DNA from: Kofleriaceae bacterium
GTDB taxonomy: Bacteria > Myxococcota_A > Polyangia > Haliangiales > Haliangiaceae
DNA length: 64,000 bases
NCBI GenBank assembly: GCA_965215005.1
Contig: CBDCCZ010000003.1
Coordinates: 160,001-224,000, forward strand
Reading direction: 5' to 3'
Shown in pieces: positions 22,070 to 30,100 of this stretch. The notes under the pieces were generated by a model. It was not told where the DNA came from. It saw nothing but the letters and a program-made list of their open reading frames with translations, and did not search any database. The position numbers and the translations under genes were made by a program. Position 1 is the first letter of the stretch, and each line of letters opens with the position of its first letter.

Positions 22070-22758
22070 CCAACGCCGCGCACCGACTTGATGAGCATGG
22101 GCTCGCGAGCATCGTCGCCGAGCTTGGTGCGCAACAGTGACACCCGCCGATCGATCGAGCGATCGAGGCCGTCGTGGGCGATACCGCGGGTCTCGCGATA
22201 GATGCGATCGCGGCTGAGAGCCTCACCAGCATGGCGCACAAGCAGCCAGAGCAGCTCAAACTCCGCGCAGGTCAGCTCGACGCGTTTGCCGGCGACGGTG
22301 GCGGCGCGGGCGGCGGGATCGACGAGCAGCGCGCCCACGCGAATCGGCCGCGGCACGTCGAGTTCGCCTTCTAGAACCGAGCTAGCGCGACGAAGCAGCG
22401 AACGCACCCGCGCGAGTAAGAGCCGCGGTCGCAGCGGCTTGCGCACGAAGTCATCGGCACCCAGCTCGAGCGCGACGATCTCATCGACGTCTTCGCCACC
22501 CGCCGAGATTACGAGGATTGGTCCCGAGAAGCTCTGGCGCACGCGCCGGCAGACCTCGAAGCCATCGATATCGGGCAGCGCCGTGCCGACAATCATCAGA
22601 TCGGGTGGCCGCAGAGCCGCGTGCTCGCAGCCGCCGAGCCCCGAGTCTTCGACGTCGACGACGTAGCCATTGGCCATCAAGTACTCGCGGACCACTCGCG
22701 CCAACAGCGCATCGTCCTCAACGAGCAACAGTTGCTTCACTCGCTCCACACAAGCCAT
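22045..22758 (-). CDS. OmpR/RstA-like response regulator with atypical receiver
   Basis: LLVEDD, LGADDFVRKP, winged helix LT..EF.LL, IKSVRGVGY; phospho-site position reads IVGTALP; start uncertain. Confidence 0.88.
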   Translation of the reverse strand: MACVERVKQLLLVEDDALLARVVREYLMANGYVVDVEDSGLGGCEHAALRPPDLMIVGTALPDIDGFEVCRRVRQSFSGPILVISAGGEDVDEIVALELGADDFVRKPLRPRLLLARVRSLLRRASSVLEGELDVPRPIRVGALLVDPAARAATVAGKRVELTCAEFELLWLLVRHAGEALSRDRIYRETRGIAHDGLDRSIDRRVSLLRTKLGDDAREPMLIKSVRGVGYLLAARC

Positions 22759-23002
22759 CGCCGCGTCGGACCATCGCATAGCCGAGCGGCCAGCGGAAGG
22801 TCCTATGAAAAGCGACCATTCCCGCTTGCCGCCTCATGAAAATACCTAGGAATCTCGAACTGCTATGACCACCCACGCAGCGTTTCGATGCTGGCCGCAG
22901 GGGACACGTGGCGACGTTGGTTGCTTGCACACAACTGGCTGCAGTCGCCGGCTGGGGCCCAAGGAGGTGCCGCCAACCGGCTGAATTGGCGTAGGCGGGT
23001 GT

Positions 23003-23018
23003 GGGCCCAATGCTTGCT
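23003..23018 (+). promoter_or_regulatory. Sigma54-like promoter
   Basis: GGGCCCAATGCTTGCT, GG-N10-GC; ATG at 23031. Confidence 0.45.
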
Positions 23019-23030
23019 AGGTCGGCGCCT

Positions 23031-25187
23031 ATGGCGAATCGCCTCGGCGTTGTCTCGGTGTTACTGCTCGCTTCCGCCTGTGCGGCCGATCTGGCTCCTG
23101 AGCCGGAAGGCGAGGACGTTGGTGACGTGTATGAGGAGACGGCGGTCGTCGACTGCGAGGTTATCGTGGCTGGCGGCTCCACGGCGGCCCTAGCGGCGGC
23201 GCTGACGGCGGCGCGGGAAGGCGCGCAAACGTGTCTGCTCGAGCCAACGGATTGGGTGGGCGGACAGCTCACGGCGAGCGCGGTACCTGCAATTGACTTC
23301 GCGTGGCACAAGGTCGGCGAGCTCGATGTGAAGCGCGCCGCGCACGATCCGCGCAACATTCCCCGCGAGCTCAATGAGCTCTTGGCCGCCGTCGGCAATC
23401 CCGGCAGCTGTTGGGTGTCGCGCAACTGCTTTCGCCCCGATGCGTTCCATGACAATCGCCTGCAGCCCGCCATCGCGGCGCAGTCGCGGCTACAGGTGTT
23501 TCTCAACACGGTCGTCAAAGATGTGGTTACTCAGCCTGGCGTCGAAGACACGATCATCGAGTCGCTGGTGGCCATCCGTCGCACCGCTCGTCCCGGCGTC
23601 GATGCGTGGGACCGCCGGCTTTCCGCAGAGCTTGGCGACTGGTACTCCCCCACTAGTTCGGCGCGTTTCGTCAAAGAGACGCTGCGGTTTCGCGGCGTCG
23701 GCGGAGCCATTCCGATCGTCATCGATGCGACTGAGCTAGGTGACGTGCTGGTGCTTTCGGGTGCTCCGTATCTGCAAGGCGCGGAGGTGCTCGATGGCAC
23801 CACCGAGCTCGCCGACGACCGCTGTGGCCAGGCCGCCGTAGTGCCGTTCGCGATGAAATATCACACCGGTCCCCGCACCGAGCCGCCGGTTCCGCTGCCC
23901 ACCGAGCACCGAGACTTCTATGGCCTCGGAGCGCACAGCTGGGAGCGCATCTGGAGCTATCGCCGAATCATAAAGGCGCCAGGACAAGCTCTCTATGGCG
24001 ACGTAACGCTGCAGAACTGGAATCCGGGAAACGATTTCCCCTTCGGATATTTGCTACTCGGCGCCGCAGCCACTGAAGCGCAGCGCAGCAACTGGCAAGG
24101 CGGTGTAGATCTCACCGCGCTCGCAGCCTTGGAGCTCCACGCCTATGGCTTCTACAATTGGTTCAAAGCCCGCGCGCCCAACGGCCAGTCGAGCTGGCTC
24201 ACTCTCGATCGGGAGATCCTCGGCAGCTCGACAGGGTTGGCCAAGATGCCCTATCTCCGTGACACGCGGCGCAGCGTAGGGCTCGACGGCTTCGTCCTCG
24301 CCGGCCGGCACTTTCGCGGCACCGCCGCCGACGTCACTGGCACGCGCTTCGCCGACCGCGTTGCGATCGGCTCCTACGTGGTCGACATTCATCCGCTGCA
24401 CACCTGTCGGTTGCCGAGCTGGGCCTTTGGCAGTCCGCTCACGCTGCCGTACTTCATTCCGTTTCGCGCGCTCACCAATGCCGACCTCGAGAACCTCCTC
24501 GTCGCTGGCAAGACGATGGCGCAGTCCTCCCTTGCCAATGCCGCAACCCGGTTGCAGCCCACCGAATGGTCGACTGGCATCGCCGCGGGTGCTGCCGCGG
24601 CGCATATGCGCGCCGCGGGACTCGAGACCACGCGCGAGGCGCTGCAGAACATCGGCGCGATTCAGGCGCGCATTCGCAACCACGCGCCGATCGACTGGAC
24701 CATTGACGGCAACACCTATCCCGCCGCCAACGAGGTGCTACCGCCGGTTGCGCAGACTATTTACTGTCCAGATGGAGCCCGCTTTGACGAAGGCTATGGC
24801 TTTTGCGTCTCGGGTGAGCACGCCTGGGGGCCCTTCACCCATGGGATGATCGAGCGCTGCAACGCCGCCGGCGGCGGCAACGCCTGCTCGCAAACCACCG
24901 TCACCACGATCGCCGGACGCTCCGTTCGACTACGCCGGTGGGCCAAGAGCTTTGCGCGCACCATTCGCGGCGACGGCTCGTGCCCGCTGGGCGCCGAACG
25001 CTCCGCCGAATACCTTGGCCACTGCACGGAACGCTACTTTGACGGCCAAGCCTGGCAGCACGACGTGTTTGGACCTTTCGGTGCTGACCTCGTCGAGGCG
25101 TGCTCACGCGCCGGCGGCGGCAACGCCTGCGTAACACACCGCTGGGGCGCACCGTTCTTCCGCCAGCTCGTCGGCTCGCTGCGCTAA
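23031..25187 (+). CDS. Lipoprotein FAD-dependent oxidoreductase (FAD_oxidored-like) with duplicated C-terminal Cys module
   Basis: Lipobox ASA-C; VIVAGGSTA, WVGGQLT, IDATELGD, PYLRDTRR, IPFRAL, NLLVAGK, RLQPTEW. Confidence 0.85.
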   Translation: MANRLGVVSVLLLASACAADLAPEPEGEDVGDVYEETAVVDCEVIVAGGSTAALAAALTAAREGAQTCLLEPTDWVGGQLTASAVPAIDFAWHKVGELDVKRAAHDPRNIPRELNELLAAVGNPGSCWVSRNCFRPDAFHDNRLQPAIAAQSRLQVFLNTVVKDVVTQPGVEDTIIESLVAIRRTARPGVDAWDRRLSAELGDWYSPTSSARFVKETLRFRGVGGAIPIVIDATELGDVLVLSGAPYLQGAEVLDGTTELADDRCGQAAVVPFAMKYHTGPRTEPPVPLPTEHRDFYGLGAHSWERIWSYRRIIKAPGQALYGDVTLQNWNPGNDFPFGYLLLGAAATEAQRSNWQGGVDLTALAALELHAYGFYNWFKARAPNGQSSWLTLDREILGSSTGLAKMPYLRDTRRSVGLDGFVLAGRHFRGTAADVTGTRFADRVAIGSYVVDIHPLHTCRLPSWAFGSPLTLPYFIPFRALTNADLENLLVAGKTMAQSSLANAATRLQPTEWSTGIAAGAAAAHMRAAGLETTREALQNIGAIQARIRNHAPIDWTIDGNTYPAANEVLPPVAQTIYCPDGARFDEGYGFCVSGEHAWGPFTHGMIERCNAAGGGNACSQTTVTTIAGRSVRLRRWAKSFARTIRGDGSCPLGAERSAEYLGHCTERYFDGQAWQHDVFGPFGADLVEACSRAGGGNACVTHRWGAPFFRQLVGSLR

Positions 25188-25313
25188 GCGGTCTTGAATA
25201 AGGGAGGCGACCGAGGCACCTTCGCGCGTGTCTTCACTTGCGGGGTCTTGCTCTTCGGCGCGATGACGGCCGCGTGCGTTGCCGTTGTCACTCCCATAGC
25301 GCGGAGGCGACCG

Positions 25314-25469
25314 TGGGGCTATGGACATGCCGGGGCGAGGACAAGTCCTATCCGCTCCGCGGTGCCCTATGCACAGCTCGCCTTCGGCCACCTGCGCATA
25401 GGACAATGAACTTGCCCACGCCTCTTGGACAACCCTCCTTCGTCGGGTTGCCCACCTGCCCACAGCCCC
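25314..25469 (-). repeat. Multi-stem palindromic element, candidate structured RNA
   Basis: Nested inverted repeats: ggggctatggaca/tgcccacagcccc, ggacaagt/acttgccc, cctatgcacag/ctgcgcatagg, tggacaaccc/gggttgccca. Confidence 0.6.
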
Positions 25470-25472
25470 GAG

Positions 25473-25625
25473 TAGTACGCCGCCGCGGGATTGATGACGC
25501 AGAAATCCGCCGCCCCGATGCGGGGCAAGGGCGGCAGATTTCTGCTGCTCAGGCGCCCCGTTCGGCGTCTCCCCAAGCGATTGTTGTTTTTCTAGCGGTT
25601 CACGACTTCCGCCGTGAACCACTAG
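25473..25625. mobile_element. 150-bp TAG-bounded palindromic MITE/REPIN-like element, copy 1 (intergenic)
   Basis: Matches 28543-28695 at all but 7 of 153 positions; TAG at both ends, 150 bp apart; two long stems. Confidence 0.85.
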
Positions 25626-25830
25626 CCCTTTAAATGGGAACACAACAAGAACGCGAACCGCATGCGTGACGAGACCAACACTTGGCTCACCGCCGGCGGG
25701 AATGCTTGTTCACCGGCAAGGGGCAATTAAGCCGGATCACCCGAAGGTGCTCCGAGAGGAGTTGCAGTCCATCTGATGCTGGGCGTCGAGCCAGCCGGTC
25801 TACCTCTCGCATCGCTTTGCGGGGGAAGTC

Positions 25831-25911
25831 TCTCGCCTGGCGCAGGCTTGCATCTGGCATTCTGCGTCTGGCGCAGGTCTGCGTCTCGCGCAGGTCCGCC
25901 TCCAGCGCGAG
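25831..25911 (+). repeat. Tandem 17-bp mini-hairpins upstream of the HUH transposase
   Basis: tctgcgtctggcgcagg (25861), tctgcgtctcgcgcagg (25878), degenerate copies at 25831 and 25895. Confidence 0.55.
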
Positions 25912-26057
25912 CACGCGCCGCAGAGCGCAAGTACTCGCCTGGCGCGGCCGGTCCTTCTCGCCAGTGCCGATGCCCGCGCTGGGTCTGCACCTCTGGGCGC
26001 CGGCCGCGCCGGGGGCAAACTGTCAGACGCGCGTGAGAGATTGTCTGCCGATTGAAG

Positions 26058-26717
26058 ATGGTGGGCACGAAGTTCAAAGTGAAGACTCGGAGGAAGCGAC
26101 ACCGGCAGGAAGCGTTCGCGTTTCGCACCTGGGGTGGCAAGCGCGAGGGTGCTGGGCGCAAGCCGACGGGCAAGCGCGCCGGGGTGTCCCACGCGCCGCG
26201 TGCGCGCATTCGCCGCACGACGCCGGTGCACGTCACGCTTCGCATGGCGCCGCATGTCTACAATCTGCGCAGCAGGCGGTCGTTCCGGGTCATTCAGCAG
26301 GCGTTGTTTGCGGCTAGCAATCGCCTAGGCACCAAGATTCTCGAGTTCTCGGTGCAGGGCAACCACGTGCATCTGCTCGCCGAGACGCAGGACGACGCTG
26401 CGCTCTCCCGAGCGATGAAGGGCTTGTCGGTGCGCCTCGCTCGGGGCCTCAACAAGATGATGGGCAAGCGCGGCCGGGTGCTCGGCGACCGCTACCACGC
26501 TCACGTGCTGCGGACGCCCACCGAGGTGGTGCGCGTCCGCGCTTACATCAAGCGCAACTACCGCAAGCACGCCGCCGAGCGCGGGCACAAGCTGCCCGCG
26601 GGCTTCGTAGATCCATATTCGTCGTCGGCGCCCGGAATGCGCCGCAGGCTCGGGCTACCGGCGCCTGGCTGGCTCGCGAGCCACGGCGCCTCCGCCACGG
26701 CAGAAAACACGACGTGA
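26058..26717 (+). CDS. Y1 HUH transposase (IS200-like / REP-associated tyrosine transposase, RAYT)
   Basis: WGGKREGAGRK, PVHVTLR, HUH motif GNHVHLL, DRYH, catalytic Tyr in AYIKRN. Confidence 0.85.
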   Translation: MVGTKFKVKTRRKRHRQEAFAFRTWGGKREGAGRKPTGKRAGVSHAPRARIRRTTPVHVTLRMAPHVYNLRSRRSFRVIQQALFAASNRLGTKILEFSVQGNHVHLLAETQDDAALSRAMKGLSVRLARGLNKMMGKRGRVLGDRYHAHVLRTPTEVVRVRAYIKRNYRKHAAERGHKLPAGFVDPYSSSAPGMRRRLGLPAPGWLASHGASATAENTT

Positions 26718-26748
26718 CAGCTCGTCGCCTCGCTACGCTAACATCGTT

Positions 26749-29610
26749 TCACAGCGGCGCTGCGTCATCGAGCGGTACGTCGACCACCAGCCGGGTGCCT
26801 ATGCCCGGGCTCGAGCCGATGCGCGCGGTACCGCCGAGCTCCTCCGCTGCGAGCTTGATGGCATCCATCCCTACGCCGCGCCCGGAAATGGTCGAGACGC
26901 GCTCAGCCGTCGAAAAGCCGGGCAAGAACAACAGCTCGTCGATTTGGGTGTCAATGAGCTGGGTTGCATGCGCGGGGTCGACCAGGCCTTTATCGATGGC
27001 GCGCCGGCGGACGCGGTCGCGGTCGATGCCGCGGCCATCGTCGCCCACGGTGACGCGCAACCGTTCGTCGTCGACCTCGAGCTGCACGCGCACGATGCCG
27101 CGCTCGGGCTTGCCTTGGCGAACGCGGTCGGCTGGATCTTCGAGGCCGTGATCGATGGCGTTGCGAACCGCATGCAAGAGAATCTCGCCGAGCTTGCGCA
27201 GGCGGCTCTCTTCCACTAGTGGTGATGCTCCCTCGAACCGCAACTCGACCGGCTTACCGAGCTCTTCGCCTAAGTCGGTCGCCAGCGAGCCCAGGCGATC
27301 CGCGAGTCCACGAACGGGAACACACGTGAGCCCCCGGACCGCACGACGCAGGCGTCCATACGCTTCGTGAAGCTCGTCAGATAACGCGCGTCCCGCGCCG
27401 GTCAACGCGTCCAGCGAGGCCATCTCGGTTTGCACCAACGCCGCGCGTTCGGCTGCCGAGTGGCCAACGCCTGCTTGCGCCGCGGGCCGCACGGTGAACG
27501 CGCTGGCATCGCGAAACAGTCGCTCCAAGCGAGCCGAGGCCAGAGAGGTGCCCGCGCTCAAGGTCTGCCGCAGCGTGAGGATGCCGAGCGACTCGGCCTC
27601 GGTGGCCAGCTCTTCGAGCACGTTGACGAGCGGCGGCGGCGCGCTGGCGACGCGATCGATGGCGCGCTCGAGAAACAGTCGGCCATCGGCGCTGCGCACC
27701 TCGACCATGAAGGATTGGTAGAGGCGAAGCTGCTCGTCGAGCTCGGTGAGCCACGCCTCGACCCGGGCGGTGATACTGCGTTGCGGTCGCTCTGCGCGCA
27801 TCGCGTCGTCGAGCAGCTCGTGCAGCTCGCGGGCGTGAGCGCTCAAAGCCGGAAAGCGATAGCGTCGCGCGCATGCGGCGTAGCTATGGGCAAGCTCGTA
27901 GATACGCGCCAGTGCGCTCTTATCGCGCAGCCGCGTGCTCCAGCGCTCATACCCCCGCTGCATCTGCGAGAGCAGCTTACGCGCTTCGTCGTGAAAGCTC
28001 GCTAGGGCATCGACCACGCGCTCTTGCGGCGCGAGCGGAGCAATGGCTCGGGCGGCGTCGAGAAGCTCGAGAAGCTCGACCACCAGATAGTCATCGGGAC
28101 CGGCAACGCACGCCTCGACGTCAAAGACCATCTGCATGGCTGCTTGCGCGGCAACTCTTACGCTCTCGATAGCAAAGCTCTCTGCTGCACTTCGGGCGGC
28201 GTCGATCGCTCTGAGCAGCGCGCACATCACCAGTGGGTCTTCGCGTCGTTCGCACCAGCGATCGTGGCTTCGATCGATCTCGCTGGCGATCACCGCGCAC
28301 TCGGCGACGAAGTGCTCGGGCAAGTCCGAGCGGCCGAGCTCCGCCACTAGCGTGGTGACCCGAGCGAGCTCCTGCTCTAGGAGCGCCAGCGCTTCGGCGC
28401 GCGCCAGCGGATCGTGCAAGCTCTCCACCACCGGCACCGCAGCGCGGTGTAGCGCTCCTAGCGGCCGCACCCCGGCGGCATCGATGGCGCGCAGCAACTC
28501 GCGCCCAACGCGCTCGAGCTGACCAGCGTCGGTCGAGGCGGCTAGTACGCCGCCGCGGGATGGATGACGCAGAAATCCGCCGCCCCGATGCGGGGCAAGG
28601 GCGGCAGATTTCTGCTGCTCACCGCCCCCCTTCGGCGTCTCCCCAAGCGATTGTTGTGTTTCTAGCGGTTCACGACTTCCGCCGTGAACCACTAGGTGGC
28701 GGCAGGCGTCGACGGCTGCGATGACGCGAGCTAGCGAATCACGTCGCTGGGGCGCGTCCACCTCGGCAGAGCGGCTGAACTGCGCCGCCTCGCCGATCAG
28801 GTCGCGCAGACCGCCGATCAAGCTGCGAATGCGCGCGATCTGCTCGGGGGTGAGCGGCTCACGAGCGGCGCGCATCGGCTCGAGCTCATCTTCCGCGCTA
28901 TGCGCTGCTGCTTGCAAAGCATCGAGGTGAACCGCCCGCGCGTTGCCTTTGAGGGTATGAATGGCGCGAAAGATTTTGTGCACGGCGTGGCGCGCGGACG
29001 GGTCGGTTTGCAGGCGATCGGCCGCGGCGCTGCACTCGGTGAGAAGCCCCTGCGCTTCGGCGCGAAAGGTCTCGACGGCCACGGGATCCACGGCGGGTGC
29101 CGTCTGCGCCCGTGGCACCGAGGTCTGCTCGGAGGCGGGCACGGCCTCGGCTAGTCGTGCAAACATGAGCACGCGCACCAGCGCGCCGTCTTCATAAATA
29201 GGAGCATAGTCGAGCGCGAGCTCGGTACCGCCAGCGTCGGCGCGGCGCGGTGCTTCGTCGAGTTGCAGTGACCAGCCTTCGGAATCCGTTCCGGAGACGC
29301 ATGCGAGCCAGAGCGTCCACATGGCGGCAACGTCGGAGTCTTCTGAGACGCCGAGCGCATCGTGGAGCAAACAGCCGCGGCTCTGCTGCGCAGGCACGGC
29401 GGCGAGATTGGAGTGCAGGGTTTCGACCTCACCCGAGGTTGCATCGAACAGCACCACCACCCCGGGAAACTGCGCGAGCATCAGCTGCCCTAGCTCTGGC
29501 GCCGGCTCATGCACCGACTCGGCGATCGGCTCGATGACCTGACTTCCCATGGGCTCGTCGGCGAGCGGGAAGCTGCCGGTGCGGCGCTTCTTGAAGAATC
29601 CGCTAATCAT
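26749..29610 (-). CDS. CheA-like (class III-type) histidine kinase: PAS-like, Hpt, degenerate Hpt repeats, CheA-type HATPase, no CheW domain
   Basis: Hpt IFRAIHTLKG; HAVRNAIDHGLE, DDGRGID, LFLPGFSTAERVSTISGRGVGMD; protein ends right after the ATPase. Confidence 0.88.
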   Translation of the reverse strand: MISGFFKKRRTGSFPLADEPMGSQVIEPIAESVHEPAPELGQLMLAQFPGVVVLFDATSGEVETLHSNLAAVPAQQSRGCLLHDALGVSEDSDVAAMWTLWLACVSGTDSEGWSLQLDEAPRRADAGGTELALDYAPIYEDGALVRVLMFARLAEAVPASEQTSVPRAQTAPAVDPVAVETFRAEAQGLLTECSAAADRLQTDPSARHAVHKIFRAIHTLKGNARAVHLDALQAAAHSAEDELEPMRAAREPLTPEQIARIRSLIGGLRDLIGEAAQFSRSAEVDAPQRRDSLARVIAAVDACRHLVVHGGSREPLETQQSLGETPKGGGEQQKSAALAPHRGGGFLRHPSRGGVLAASTDAGQLERVGRELLRAIDAAGVRPLGALHRAAVPVVESLHDPLARAEALALLEQELARVTTLVAELGRSDLPEHFVAECAVIASEIDRSHDRWCERREDPLVMCALLRAIDAARSAAESFAIESVRVAAQAAMQMVFDVEACVAGPDDYLVVELLELLDAARAIAPLAPQERVVDALASFHDEARKLLSQMQRGYERWSTRLRDKSALARIYELAHSYAACARRYRFPALSAHARELHELLDDAMRAERPQRSITARVEAWLTELDEQLRLYQSFMVEVRSADGRLFLERAIDRVASAPPPLVNVLEELATEAESLGILTLRQTLSAGTSLASARLERLFRDASAFTVRPAAQAGVGHSAAERAALVQTEMASLDALTGAGRALSDELHEAYGRLRRAVRGLTCVPVRGLADRLGSLATDLGEELGKPVELRFEGASPLVEESRLRKLGEILLHAVRNAIDHGLEDPADRVRQGKPERGIVRVQLEVDDERLRVTVGDDGRGIDRDRVRRRAIDKGLVDPAHATQLIDTQIDELLFLPGFSTAERVSTISGRGVGMDAIKLAAEELGGTARIGSSPGIGTRLVVDVPLDDAAPL
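28543..28695. mobile_element. 150-bp palindromic element, copy 2, inserted in frame in the kinase gene
   Basis: CTAG at 28542-28545 and 28692-28695; about 95% identical to 25473-25625; adds 50 codons with no stop. Confidence 0.88.
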
Positions 29611-30089
29611 TCGCCCTCGATGATGCGCACGCCGATGAGAATCTTCAGAACTCCGGCGCTGGTGTCGAGCGAGACTACGAGAACCTGCTCGGTCAAGCTG
29701 CGATCTTCGATCGAGCCACTGTGAATTCGCGGCGGTAAAATCTCTACTTCATAGCCAGCATCGAGGAGCAGTCCCGTTGCATTGCCGGTGATGATGTTGG
29801 CGAGCTCGCTCACCACGTCGTCGCAAACTGCTTGCTCGAGCGCATCCATCGCGTCGATGGCCATCATCTTGGTGGCAAACAGTCGCGCGAGCTCTTCGCT
29901 GAATACCCACGTGATCGGCCCCGCTAGGCGACCCGTCATCTCCACGGTGCACACCAGGCTCGGCGGCGGATCGATCGCTCGGGTGATGCTGAGCCCGGCC
30001 GGCTGCACATCGATGCCGATGAACGTCTTGATGACGTCGACGACTGGATCGACGAAGGCATTGACGACCTGTGCATTGATGTTAGCCAT
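29607..30089 (-). CDS. cheX: CheX family phosphatase
   Basis: INAQVVNAFV start, MTGRLAG, catalytic-type SELANIITGNA (ExxN), ILPP. Confidence 0.85.
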   Translation of the reverse strand: MANINAQVVNAFVDPVVDVIKTFIGIDVQPAGLSITRAIDPPPSLVCTVEMTGRLAGPITWVFSEELARLFATKMMAIDAMDALEQAVCDDVVSELANIITGNATGLLLDAGYEVEILPPRIHSGSIEDRSLTEQVLVVSLDTSAGVLKILIGVRIIEGE

Positions 30090-30100
30090 CGCCCGCGCCC

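Noticed and set aside
25104..25643. 179-aa minus ORF sharing a peptide with the CheA-like kinase
   Set aside because: The shared peptide is only the translation of the 150-bp element; the rest crosses palindromes and overlaps the oxidoreductase.
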